Below, in pieces: positions 1-12,557 of a stretch of DNA of 64,000 bases (within the stretch, counting starts at the first letter, position 1; every line of letters starts with the position of its first letter). The stretch spans positions 310,001 to 374,000 of the forward strand of contig QPGO01000030.1 in assembly GCA_008632985.1 (NCBI GenBank), given 5' to 3'. This DNA is from Psammoneis japonica (Eukaryota). The notes under the pieces are model-generated. The model saw only the letters and a program-made list of their open reading frames with translations. It made no database searches and had not been told where the DNA came from. A program made the position numbers and the translations under genes.

Positions 1-556
1 AACAGCAAAGATATTGGAACACGACTCTCCACTAGCATGGCGAGGTTCAAGGATATTCCAACACTGACGCATAGCATGATGCAGCGGAAAGATATTATTC
101 TGTACTTTGCGATCTTAGTTGCGCTGCGGGTAATTTAAAAAGCAGATAAGGCCGCTACAGTAATTAGTCTACCGTATGACGCACTTTCTGCTGCATACTC
201 TCAACTCTAGTTTTACCTAAGATAGAGAGCCCTACATAGTAGGAACCTAGGGCTACTGCATGATCTATGATCGACGATTTTGACATCAGTCGAAAATAAC
301 AAATAACACGGTGTTTTCTTACAAGTGAAGCAATGATGCATGGACAGACGCCCGTCCGTCCCATGATCCGCGCGCGTCCGTCCATGATCCATGAGATAGC
401 AACGCAACGCACCGAACAAACAGCAACAGCAAGAGATCGTCAAGAAGAGTACCCTGTCATACTCGTATGCGATAGCTCTTGAATCGATACTTTGTGTTTG
501 CAAAGGACGATTCAAAGTTGTACAGCAAATCAGAAGGGGAATACTGACTGTGCAAA

Positions 557-1704
557 ATGAGTCATCGGAAAATGACGCCCAAGGGCCAAATGTCAAGTAG
601 CGGTTCAGGCCCGGCGATTATGATGATGCCTCCGCACGTGCGTGCCACCTTTATGCCAAACCCGCCATTGAAACAGCTACCACCTATCAAAAATAAACGG
701 AAAAATGCTTGGACTGGATTGGCGCAGTTCATGGTTCAGTTCGAACGCACTCCACCCCCTGAGAAGGCGGAAGGTTTGACACCTCAAGCCATCAAGAAGC
801 TCAAGAGAGAGCAGAAAAAGAAGCGGCACGAGGAAGAAATGAAACCAAAGTTAGATAGCTTTCGTCAGAAACAACAAGAAGATGGAGGAGAGTATCAGGG
901 AATGAATTGCTACAACACGCTTTTTGTGGGACGCCTTGCGTATGAAGTGACGGAGCGAAAGCTACTGCGCGAGTTTGAAGCGTTTGGTCCGGTCAAAGAC
1001 CTCAAACTCATCAAGGATAACGATCAGAAGTCTCGAGGTTATGCCTTTGTAGAGTTTGAGCAAGAGGAGGATATGAAACGTGCCTATCGTGCGGCAGACG
1101 CCATGAAGATTGAAGGAAGAGAGGTCGTTGTAGACGTCGAGCGTGGACACACAGTTCCGAATTGGCTTCCCCGAAGGTTGGGCGGTGGCCTCGGTGGGAC
1201 TCGGTACGTACCTATTGGACTCTTCATAATTTAATGCTTTGTGAAGTTACTGACAATGGTCGCTTTCTCTGTTCAACACCACACAGCCTTGGAGGGAAAG
1301 ACAAGAACTATATCTATCCAGGTAGATTTGATCCATCCAGACCGGAAGCCGCCATGGGACGTCCTGGTCCTGGTGTTGGTCCCGGACCTGGACCTGGTCC
1401 CGGCGGTCCCATGGGTCGTGGTAGAGGGGGGCCGCCACCTTATGGATACAACGATAGACGTGGCCCCGGAGGCTACGGAGGTGGGCCTCCGCCGTATGGA
1501 AGAGGTGGCGGAGGAATGGATGATCGCGATCGCCGCTATGGATATGACGGACGAAGAGGGGGTGGTTATGGTGATCGTGATGGAGGGGATCGCGGACGAT
1601 ACGGTGGTCGACATGACTACAACGATCGGAGTGATCGCAAACGGTATAGGTCTCGCAGTCGAAGTCCCGATCGACGACACTCTCACTCACGCAGACGGTA
1701 TTAG
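557..1704 (+). CDS. SNRNP70: U1 snRNP 70 kDa protein (2 exons; intron 1204-1286)
   Basis: U1-70K N-terminal region, RRM (TLFVGRL...SRGYAFVEF) and VDVERGHTVPNWLPRRLGGGLGG motif. GTACGT...ACAG intron joins to TRLGGK and an RG/RS-rich tail. Exact start ATG uncertain. Confidence 0.95.
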
Positions 1705-1925
1705 AATGGTGAAAAGGTTGATCAGCTCTAGAAGATGCAGCATTGAACAAAAGAAGAAGCATTCCAATGATCGCAATTATGTATGATCGTTAGAGGAATG
1801 GAGGACAGTATCGAGATAAAAGCAGATAACCAGTTTTACAGTCAATTGTTTCGCATGTGCATGTGTAGACTACCGTGGTTTCAATGAAATCTGCTTCTGC
1901 CAGGGAGACTTCATTGTTACTCTTC

Positions 1926-2495
1926 TTATGACTCATCTTCTGCTTCATCTGTCATTTGTTGAATCCCATTTTCGACACAAGACCAGACTCGATCTGCATC
2001 GCCCTCTGTGATGACACTGTGAAACACACGCTCTGAGAGCTCAACCTCCGTCATTCCCTCCAATCCAACATTTCCAACATAGTCCTCGTGCTGAACTGCC
2101 ACACACGGGGCCTTCTTGCAAGTTCCCAGACAAGGGCTTTCCTCTAGTTGCACGTTGGGAGCCCTGCCATTTTGTATGCGTCTGTAAAATGCTCCAAACG
2201 TTGCAAGGTCGTCCATGTTTAAGACCTTACGTTTCTTTGCGCAGCTAGTGGATGAACAAGTTAATATCTTGAACTTTTCACACACATTAGAGTCAAACGC
2301 TTCCTCTGTCGTTACATCATCATCGCCGTGAAGGGCAATCGCGGCGTTTTGTGCTGCCGATTTCAAAGAATCACAGCTTGTAGCTCGGCGACCTGCAAAT
2401 CCAGAATTTCGCAAAGAGAATGAGAATCCAGTCACAGATATATCACTCAAAGTGAAAGTCAATGAACACAGAGCGATCGCCGGGATGGGCTTCAT
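1926..2495 (-). CDS. Thioredoxin-like [2Fe-2S] ferredoxin-domain protein, probably plastid-targeted
   Basis: CSSTSC...CLGTCKKAPCV cysteine pattern. N-terminal signal-like segment ending VTGFSFS. Confidence 0.6.
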   Translation of the reverse strand: MKPIPAIALCSLTFTLSDISVTGFSFSLRNSGFAGRRATSCDSLKSAAQNAAIALHGDDDVTTEEAFDSNVCEKFKILTCSSTSCAKKRKVLNMDDLATFGAFYRRIQNGRAPNVQLEESPCLGTCKKAPCVAVQHEDYVGNVGLEGMTEVELSERVFHSVITEGDADRVWSCVENGIQQMTDEAEDES

Positions 2496-2790
2496 GACTC
2501 TTCGAACCTGGTTGTTCACAAGGGACAACACCGGAAGAGTTTTTGGGTGAGATTTGGAGAATTCAGTTCCTCTATCTGACTCTCCCGCAGTCGTGTGCGC
2601 CACCACGTCATCCATGGATGTTGTGTCGTGTGCGTGTGTGGAACTGGTCGCGGCTACGAGGTGGTGTATCTCTCACTGTACAGTACTCTACAGCGTAATC
2701 TCTATGCTGTGTACCTAATCTTGAACAAAGGGAGTAGAGCTACAGTAACTAACTGGCAACCGTTTCCTAATCTTTACACATCAGAAACTG

Positions 2791-2828
2791 CTCTCTCTCC
2801 TCTCTCTCTCTCTCTCTCTGTGTGTGTT
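2791..2828 (+). repeat. (CT)n/(TG)n microsatellite
   Basis: ctctctctcc tctctctctc tctctctctg tgtgtgt. Confidence 0.85.
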
Positions 2829-2886
2829 TAAACACCATACACATTTTCGCTACTGGTAGGCCCTAGGTGGCATTGCAGTGCTCGGT

Positions 2887-4958
2887 TCACATTTCGCACT
2901 TGCATCGGAAGCCTTTCATAAAAGCACCGGGCACCATAAGTTCTTCTTCGGTGAGCGGAACGCAACGGCAAAGCGACGGTTTCGGTCCCTTTATCTCTGA
3001 CAGCTCATGTAAATATATGCCAAGAACTTTGATTGCATTGACAAGATTAGAAACATTGTACTTTTCGTTTTGCGAATGTGCCATATCGTCGCAAGCTCCG
3101 ACAGGCAGAAGCATCACATTCATACCGGTTGCGTCCTCGAATGCATTCCTAGAGTATTGTTTTCATTAAATAGGAGGAAAAGACAAAAATTAGAGCTAAA
3201 GGTGCATGCTTGAAAGTCCAAAAAGAAAGTAAACTTACGTGATCGGAATTGAGCCTCCCTCTCGCGTGTAGTCAGGTTTCTTCCCGTAGACCCGTTCGAT
3301 AGCATTCGCCGCAGCTTCATAATTGGGGTGTTTCGGATCAGAAAGCCACGCCTTGGCACCGTGAATCATTGTCACGGTCATCTTGTTCGGGGAGTGCAAC
3401 TTGGCGTTGTTGCAAGAGGAGGGGAGAGCGCAGAAAAGGGAAGCTCAACATTCCGCGTTAGAATTGATTCAAGATGCTTCGCGTAGGTTTTGAAGAGCTG
3501 TTTTAAGGACTTACCTTTTCAAATTCCCTCTTCAAGTGAGCACTAACAACCTGTTCGATTTGCTTTGGATCTTGGTCAGGAACTAGGCGAAGGGAGAACT
3601 TGCCCAGAACTTTCGCTGGAATGACCGTCTTGGCGCCGGTGCCACTAAACGCACCCTCAATGCCGTGAAGAGACAAGGTTGGGAACCGCCACCTTGCCAT
3701 CAATAGCGACTTTTTGTCCTCGTGAAGCAACTTATTGCTCACACTTGTTACTTTATTTTCATCCTAGTTGAACGTGAGAACATAAACTAAGATTTCTGAT
3801 TTGCTTCGCATGGATTCTTGAAACCTAGGCTAGACTCACCTTGTATTCGTCCACACTGAACTCAATTTCATCATAGAGCGCTTCTTCCTCAGGGGTTATG
3901 GGAGCCACATCGTCCATAACGCCTTCTACCAGAATCTTTCCCTGGGAGTCAATTAAGGTGCTCATTATTTGAACAAGATCAGTCATTGCTTCGTGAACAG
4001 TCCCACCTAGAACACCAGAATGCAAGTCTTGCTCACACCCTTGTACCTCAACTTGGAAGTACGCCAGTCCACGAAGACCGTACGTCAGCTTGAATAGAAG
4101 AAAGAAGGACGAGGTAATTAAAAAAGGAGGGAATTCTCGTGCAATGCAGCTCATGGAAAAGACACTTACGCAAGGCTTGGTCTTTCCGAGCCAGTAGTTA
4201 TCACTAATGCAAAAGAAGTCCTTTCGGAATCATACGAAGTTCGTCAGCAATGAGATGAAATGTACTGCACGAAAAAGCTCATGGTATTGCAGTTGAAGCA
4301 CTTACAACGTCGTTGAGAAACTTTCCTTCTTTGCTCTCGTCGATCACTGCCTGGAAAAACCCCTCACTCCCGCTTTCCTCCATCCCCTCATACATGATTT
4401 TGATATTAACTGGAAGCTCTACGCCCAAGGCCTGATGTGCCTCCACCACCCAGAGCCAGGAAAGCGCAGGACCTAAAAACCCAGAAAGGAACGAGAAGGA
4501 GAATGAGCAAAAATGAACGAACTAGGAATTCGTACAGAAGTGGCATGCGCAATCATACCCTTATCGTCAGTTGAGCCTCGGCCAAACAGCTTTCCATCTC
4601 TTTCTGTCAAGATGAACGGTTCCGAGTCCCAGCCATCATCTAACTTAGCAGGTTGCACATCCAAGTGGCCGTAAACACAAACGGTTTTCTTTGAGGGATC
4701 CACAATGAAATCTCCAAGCAAGATGGGAGGCAGCGGCCTTTCTTCGGTAGAGTCAGGGTTTTCCAACATTTTCGTGTTTCCACCCAACCGTTCAATGTGT
4801 TCCTTGGTCCATTCCATCATGCGAATAATGTCAGGCAAATGTTCATCGAGATCAGCCGAAACCGACGGAATCGCTACCGCTTCTCCGAGCCTTTCAATGT
4901 ACAGCGGCGTGTTCGTATCCACATGTTTGAAGAATTTGGTCTGAAAATCCTCACTCAT
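2887..4958 (-). CDS. CNDP2: Cytosolic non-specific dipeptidase, M20A family (CNDP2/Dug1-like), multi-exon
   Basis: [46 protein letters not shown] and [10 protein letters not shown] motifs spread over several short ORFs separated by introns. Confidence 0.93.
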
Positions 4959-5458
4959 CGTGCCCTGTTTTCGGAAGGAACGTTTTGGTAGATTCGTCGC
5001 TGCGTCGCTGTTTTGTTTTGTTTTTTATTTGTTAGGGGGGGGGGCTACAAAGTCAGCAGAGGGGTACTGTTCTGATAAAGACAACAGCAACCCGCAGCAA
5101 CATCAGCAATCAGCACAGCATCAACAACAAATAATTCAAGATCGAAACTGGAAACTGCAAAACAGCCACCGAAAAACCGCAAAAAAGAGAAAAAATTGAA
5201 AATGCTGAGCAGACGATGCAGAAGACCTCGCGAACCCGGATTTTGAGTCGGCTTTGAGTGACGCAAGCTGGAGCTTCAAGCCGCGCATCGCCCTTTTTCT
5301 TCTTTCTCGTGTTCTTTGCGTGTGTTTTGTATTGCCAATAAGAGTTATTGCAACGGTGTTGATCAACAATAAGTTATAAGTCGGAACGGAAGAACCAGGG
5401 ATTTGGCCTCCTTTAGTTTATTTTGTCGTTATTTCTTCCATCACATTGCATCTTAGCC

Positions 5459-6369
5459 ATGCTTCTCAAAACACCGTCTGCCTTTGCGGTCTGTGGTGCC
5501 CTCTCGCTGCTGGTGTGTTCAGCTTCGTTTTCAGTAGACGCTTTCTCTACCGCCTTGACTCGCCAAAGACCGACTTTTGGGGCCCTCAAAGCATCCAGTG
5601 CAACCCCTGAGACCGCAAAAACAGCCGGATTCATCGAGAAAGAGTTGAGAGGAGCTGCAATGAAACTTCACACGAGATCACAAGCTCCCAAAGAAGGAAA
5701 GGCCGAGGAACCAAAGAACCAGAAGCCATACGAAACGACACGTGCTGACTACCTCGCCTTCCTCGTAGATTCCAAGCATGTGTTTGAAGCCTTGGAAGAA
5801 GTTGTCAACGAAAAGTCTGAGCTGGCGGCATTCCGCAACACTGGTTTGGAGAGAACAGAAGGTTTAGAAAAGGATATCCAGTTCATGGTCAAGGAATACG
5901 GGCTTGATCGCCCTCCTGTCGGAAAACCTGGCATGGACTACGCGGATGAAATTCGTCGCGTCGCGGAAGAGGGGAAAATTCCAGAATTCATGTGTCACTA
6001 TTACAATTTCTACTTTGCTCATACCGCTGGTGGAAGAATGATTGGGAAACAAATGAGCGCAAAGCTTCTCGACAACCTCACACTAGAATTCTACAAGGTA
6101 CGTTCTTTGTTTCATTCCATCCTCATTTCTAAAGATTGGCGGTCGATTGTGATATTTGTACCTTACAGTTTCCCTGCTTCTGATTTTGATTTTAGTGGGA
6201 CGGAGATTTGAATGAAATGAAGGAACGTGTCAAGGGTGATATTGAGGAGATGGCAGCTTGTTGGTCCAGAGAAGAGAAAGATCAATGTGTCTCGGGTACA
6301 GCTGCCGCGTTTCGTGGTGGAGGAGGGGTCAATTCACACCTGAGCGGAGGTAGACCGAGTGGTCACTGA
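5459..6369 (+). CDS. Heme oxygenase, plastid-type (intron 6098-6195)
   Basis: AMKLHTRSQAPKEG and CHYYNFYFAHTAGGRMIG plant/algal HO motifs. Signal peptide ending VDAFS. Exon 2 WDGDLNEMK... ends at TGA 6367-6369. Confidence 0.93.
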
Positions 6370-6949
6370 GATATGCGATGCTTCTTGGTTGTCGTGTCCG
6401 TGCCGTTGGGCCTATGATGCGACACGTTCCGCCACATACAATTTGTAGACGCTGACTTTCCAATATATTAGGCCTATTAATTTACTTGCATGACCCATAC
6501 CGTATGAATGTGATTGTGTATGATAAATTCCAAAAGCCGGCGAAGCTTTGCTTTTAGGAGCTCAGACTCGAGAAAGCAGCAGCATGTACCACAATTTCGG
6601 TCCGCTTCAATTTATCGCCTTTAGAACATATGTGCGAAGTCAAGACAAAAGACGGTCAAAAAGATAAGATTCTGAGGAAGTAAATCATCCGACTCTCTGG
6701 TTTTAGAGAAATGCTAAGAATCAATCTTGCAGATGCTTCCAACGACCAGAAATGATCAGAGTAGATTAAGATGCAAGAATGCCGACGCGGCCGAGATCAA
6801 AGAGAGACAAATCGAAGATTAACGTAAAAAAGACAGTCCTAAAGTATTATGGTGCGGCTCGCACAGAATCACTAACAGTGACGGGGCATGCCTGCAAGTG
6901 AAACTGGACGAGGCTTCCTTGCACAGAATATATATATAGTATGCATGGC

Positions 6950-9430
6950 TCATAACACGACTACATTACCTTCAAAAACTCTTTTGCCTCTTTCACTTCT
7001 CATGGCGGAGCTGCCCGCGACGAATATCCTGCCCACAGTCGACTCGTCTGTTTCTGTGAGATTGCCAGATGATTGATATTCGAAGTTTCGCTCGCGCTTT
7101 CTACGCACGAGAATACCTCGCATCTGCCAACTGGCCATTTCTCCAGTATGCGGAAGCGTGTTATTGTTACGTTTGACGCTGAGCAATGTCGTACCAAGAG
7201 TGAGAAGCTCCGACTTGCTAATCCGTCGTCTTCTCCCCACAGGCATGGCGGGATAGAAAGAAAGCCCCGTTCGTCGTATGCCTTATCACGACGCCCTTCT
7301 CCAAAAACGGGTTCGACATGGCACAACAACTGGCCAGTGTCCGCGTTATAGAGTTCCATCGACAGACAGCTCGGTGCGTGGCAGTGAGGAGCTGCGTAGA
7401 TCAGCTTAACGCCTTCTGTTTTGGTGTCATCGCTGCTATCTTTCCCAGTACACCAGGATGAGTCTGGGCGAAGTGAGCAGTCGTTCATCATGTCGCGTAC
7501 TTTCCAGCGAGATGTAATGACTTGAACGCATTGACTACGCGGGACGTCTTCGGCACACTGCGTAACGTCGTATTCGCCTGCATGGGCTTCAGTCTGCCAG
7601 TACAATCGAATCAAGCTGTGGTGAGAAGCGGGACGAAACCCGTCTACTTCAGGCTCGTATTCTTGGAAGTAAAATCGAAACTTGAGCCTGTACTCAAGGT
7701 AATCGTCGGCCCAAGGTACTTCTTGTTCTCTGTCTAGCAATGGCTGGCCATCACGGCAGCATGATTGCCCGCCGCGGTACGATTGAACAGCACAGGTAGG
7801 ATTGCGCTGGGTTTGCAAGTCGCTGAAAGGGCTCGGAGCACACCGATTGTTGTCGAACTTGCTACCGGCAATGGTGCCAGAAACACCGGCCTGGCAAATG
7901 CGCTTTGACTTTCCAACTTCCAGAAAGTTCAGCTCTGATGGACCATGGCCACAGTGCTGTGCAAATTCAGGGCTGCAGCCTCGAGCCGTAATTATTTGCA
8001 AGGACGACTTTGAGCGATCAAAGGAAAAGTGGTTGCGACTGGCACCTTCCAACGAACGAGTCACTACGACGGTCCGGTTTCCGTCGGCGACAGAGTTGGA
8101 AAGCACCTTGACACTGTTTTTAATCTGAGAGCCAGGTCCATGAAATCCGAGCTTGCGTTCCGTCACGCTAAAGTCGTCTCCACTGACAACAATGGCGTAA
8201 GGTCCACCGTCAAGGCATTCATCGGAGACCAAGTGCACGCACATGGTGTTTGCCCCAAACGCTACACCAAACCAACGATCCGGCGGTCCAACGATTGTAA
8301 TTGTTGCGAGGTCGTTTTCAAGTTTGACAGTCACATTGACTTGCGAGTGGCTGAAAGCAATCAGTGGGGGTGTTGTCTTCGGCTTTCACAGCAATGGACG
8401 ATGAATTCGTCTCGGAATTCCAGATTGCTTCCACAGTTCCATCACTGTATTGCTTTACACTACATCCATAAGGCCTGAACTTTTGTGAAACAGTACGACT
8501 CATTTGCTTCTGAGACTGAACCGCCCCGGCCACAGCCACGAAGCACTCGCTGGCGTTCTGGATCTCGCCGGTACAACTATTCTTCGAATCATCAAGCGCA
8601 TAAGTCATATTCCATTCAATTTCGAGTCGATCAGTGCAGGGGCATTCAATTAAACCACTATATCCCGCACTGGTGGGGATACGCGAACTCTTTGGCAACG
8701 GGCCAGGAGCATAGGTGGACGAATGTTCTTCGCGATTCCAAGTATCAATTTGCATGGGATTACAAAAGAATGTATCAGGAGAATCAATCAGTTGAGCATA
8801 TCCACTGGGATACCCATGATAAGAGAGACGAAATTCGCCGCCGTTGCCTTCGGAAAAGAAGCTATGCAGCGGAATATCACTACCGCTGTCTTCTTGATTG
8901 CCAGTCAGTAGAGCCGTCCAATACTCTTTGCTGTTGTGGTTCGTGAACATGTGATCCGGTCCCGCTGGACACTTTTCGAAGATTGTTCTCTTAGAATTTG
9001 ACAAGTAAGCTTCATAGTGATGATTGTAGGCCCACGTAATGGGAACAGCTACCTCTTTTCCACTCGATGTCACACGAACTTGATCGACTTCATAGCCCGT
9101 CACGGCCATGATCTTGTCCTTGAATCGCTCCTGAATATTTGTAGGAAGTGGAACTGCGTCTTGCATTCTCCAATAAACTTCAGAGTATCTTGTTTTAATG
9201 GGAGGAGAATAAACATCAAAGTATTCGTGGTCGAGGTAGGACGTTGAAAAGGTGTCGGAGTTCGCAATCTTGTATTGACCAATGTTCATGTTTTCAGCCG
9301 CCGCAAATCTTGAAAACAACAACGAGTATGCTACCACTTTCATCTTGAGTAATGTGATGGTTATGAAACAGGAACTACTCGCATTCAGATACTTCCCTCT
9401 TGCATGGCAAAGCTGGAAGGAAAGCAGCAA
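6950..9430 (-). CDS. Secreted Cys-rich protein with a DOMON-like domain and PHM/SURNod19-like copper-monooxygenase-type motifs; two frameshifts in this assembly
   Basis: Signal peptide. YNHHY motif, DOMON-like WFGVAFGA...NRTVVVTRSL, LIYAAPHCH and HTGEMA. Removing one base at the G5 run 8366-8370 and adding one near 7210 gives a continuous frame. The 3' end is approximate. Confidence 0.6.
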
Positions 9431-9714
9431 CCGCTGAGCTTAGTGCATCAACAATCAACAAAAAATCATCAAACAGGAAACGGGAAACAAAAAATCATGC
9501 AGAATAAAAGACGGTCTGGACTCGGTCCGTGTGTTTTTGAGCGACGACGACGCGACATGTGCTTCGTCAGCATACTGAATATGTACAGCCAACCGACCTA
9601 TGTAGGAACTCGTATCCTGCGTACGAGATGGCTTGCGCGTGGCGCGGATCGCACAACAACGACGAGCGGTATTTTGCGGTCGGCATTCATTCGGCACACA
9701 GCGTTCGGTCCACC

Positions 9715-10895
9715 ATGGCGCCCCTTCGGACTGTTGCCCAACGGGTTACTCCCCGTATTCTTGCAGCGTAAGTGGACTTTGAAACTATGGCCACGCAGAC
9801 AGAGGAGAGTTCGTAGGATTCGCTTCAGAAAAGCGGTCGGATCTTCTGCAATGTCTCTCTCTTGTCGCGCACCGTCGCGCGATACTGAGATCCGCTAAAG
9901 CGAACCGGCGAACCGCAAATTGGAATCGCAAATCCCGCGTTTTCCCTATTGCAAAATTGCAAACGTCTGTCACTGTTTTCTCACAGCCTGCTTTCTGTTT
10001 GTTTGTTTGTTCTTCTTGCAGTGCTCAAAGAATGCAGACACGTGGTATGGCGACAGAGAAGCAGATTTTTAATCAGATCCAATCGACGAAGAATATCCAG
10101 AAAATTACGTCTTCGATGAAAATGGTTTCTGCAGCCAAATTGAAAGGTGACGAGACTCGTTTAAACATGGCGATCCCGTTCAACTCTTGGACGACGGAGC
10201 TCTGTGGCGAGCCGCAATTGATCGAGGACGCTACGTTCGAAGAGCTCCCTCAGAAAACGCTTATTGTTCCGTTTACCAGCGACAAAGGTCTCTGCGGTGG
10301 TGTGAACTCCTTTATCACCCGAGGAGTGAAAGATGCAGTCAAGAAACTGAAGAAACAAGGGAAGGAGTGTGACATTGTCGTGATTGGCGACAAGGGGCGC
10401 AGTCAATTGCGCAGGGTCCACGGAGACATCATCAAGCGAAGTGCAACTGAGATTGTGTCTCCCGGGACGTTTGCACTTGCTGCTGCCCTCTCCTCTGAGC
10501 TCATAGCTGCTGGTGCCACTGATTATGATGCAGTGATGATTATGTTCAACTCTTTCGTCAATTCCGCCGTCTACGTGCAGAAGTACAAGGTGATCACTCC
10601 TTTCTCCGGAGAGGGTGAAGACGAGCCAATGATGGCTTACGAATTCGAACCGGACACAAAGTCTGAAGTCATGGATGACCTGTACGAGTTTATGTTGACG
10701 TCTCAAGTGTTTCACTCGTTCATGGACGGCGCTGCTTCAGAGCAGTCCTCTCGTATGGCTGCGATGGAGAACGCGTCGAAGAACGCCAGCGAGATGATTG
10801 ATTCGTTGACGCTTCAGTACAACCGTGCTCGCCAGGCTCGTATTACGACAGAACTCATTGAGATTATTTCTGGTGCTTCAGCCCTTGACGATTAG
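9715..10895 (+). CDS. ATP3: Mitochondrial F1 ATP synthase gamma subunit (intron 9768-10021)
   Basis: KITSSMKMVSAAK, TSDKGLCG and SEQSSRMAAMENAS...RQARITTELIEIISGA motifs. Exon 1 MAPLRTVAQRVTPRILAA (transit peptide) splices in frame via GTAAGT...TGCAG. Confidence 0.97.
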
Positions 10896-11125
10896 TTTTT
10901 ACCGTGCAGAACTATGTACGGACGTTAGACATGTACTGAATCAGCTAATGATGATGATCTCCTTCAACACACAGTATGTAGCATGTACTCATTTGTACTT
11001 CTACACTCTGAGAAGTACCAGTAGCACAATCGTCTCTGCTCTCGTGAGCGCTGTAGCTTCGTAACTGGTATCCATTGAATTTCGCGGGTGATACTTTTGG
11101 TTGGAAATCTAAGCTCCAGCACAGT

Positions 11126-12035
11126 TTACATCGACGATGCCGTCGACATGACAACAACATTGGCGCGCTCACGTGAACGTTGGACGGTAATTGCGTTTTT
11201 TCTGTCAACAACTTCACATCTAATGTCGATCTCCTCTGGCGTATAGCCCGGGATACATTTGTTCCTTTCTTTTAATCTATCCACACACACGTCAACATCA
11301 GCTTCCATATATATACACCGATAAGTCAAAGAAGTTCAACAAGTCGTTCCAGTCGCCTTCGTTGTGAAGCAAATAGAGACCCTCACAAATAACGACTTTG
11401 TGTTCCTGCCGAATAAAACAATGGCTCCCTGGTTCTGGATCCCCCTCTGCATGGTCAAAGCCGGGCATCCTCACGACGTTTTCGTTTCCATTTCGTATCC
11501 GTTCTAGATCTTTCCGCAAAGCCACTACATCAAACGTATCAGGTGCGCCCCTACGATAAATCGCATCATTTGCATTTTCAAAAGCTCTTAATGTTTCCAT
11601 CGAAAAGTGATATCCGTCAAAAGGCATTACCATGGTTGGTATTGGCGCTTGATCGTCGTCGCCGTTCGCAAGAATGTCGGCAAGAATGAGGGAAGACGTA
11701 GATTTGCCGCTTCCTGGAATTCCCACAATTGCAACCATGAAAGGTCGTTGGGTTTTCCCATTTTGTAGTGACTCCTCTCTGGCCCTTACCCGTTCCCGAA
11801 TCAAGTTCGCAGTTCTCGTCTCCCATGTCACTTTCATATGGCTTTGACTTTGAGGCGTATCCTCCGATGATGACTTCATTCGTAGCCTGTAATCCTTGTG
11901 CATGCACCGAGCAAAAAAGAAGGGCTCACTATCGGCCTCGTCGGCCTGAGAGGTTTGTCGCTTTCGAGAACGAACTGATCTCCAATCTCCTCTGAAATTA
12001 AGAGCCAAGCCAAGGCCAAATGCAGATACATACAC
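11126..12035 (-). CDS. P-loop kinase, uridine/pantothenate kinase (YggC/YFH7-like); frameshift at the TA repeat near 11310
   Basis: GIPGSGKS, DGYH, RRGAPDTFD and EGLYLL motifs. The C-terminus (EADVDVCVDRLKERN) continues in another frame. Start uncertain. Confidence 0.8.
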
Positions 12036-12557
12036 TCCCTTATCTCTTCGGTACAGCAGACCCTAAGAGAGTCTTATTTTGACCTCGAGGTCGGAGGTCG
12101 GAGGTCGGAGGGAGATTTTGGATTTCGCCATTTCAAAAAAGGAAGCGAAAGCGGATGGCGGAATGACGGACAGTCAGAAAGCGCCGCGCCGCGCAAGGAG
12201 CGTGCGCGTGTGCATGCAAGTGCGTGTGCACCTCAACGCGCGCGAAGTCCGACAACCGACAACCGACAAGCGCGAAAAAAGCAACCATGGCGGCGGTATT
12301 GTAGGGTCGTGCTGTCACACTCAATTCAATTCAATCCTACTCTATAAATTACGCAGCCTCTGTGAGCTGCCGCCTATGGTAAGCTTAGTCAACCTTATAG
12401 TCTCTTCGTCTTCACATCTTCGATGCAGGTTGACTTCTCACGCTTGGCATTCCACTTCTTCGCTCTGTGCTGTGCTTCAAAATCATTATTTGGTTTGGTG
12501 CCTACAACAGAGAATCGTCTACAAGTACCACGTTTCCGTTTTGCTTTGCCTGCCAAA

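Noticed and set aside
1241..1786. Alternative-frame and antisense ORFs over the U1-70K 3' exon and other genes
   Set aside because: These are shadow ORFs of low-complexity or GC-rich coding sequence.
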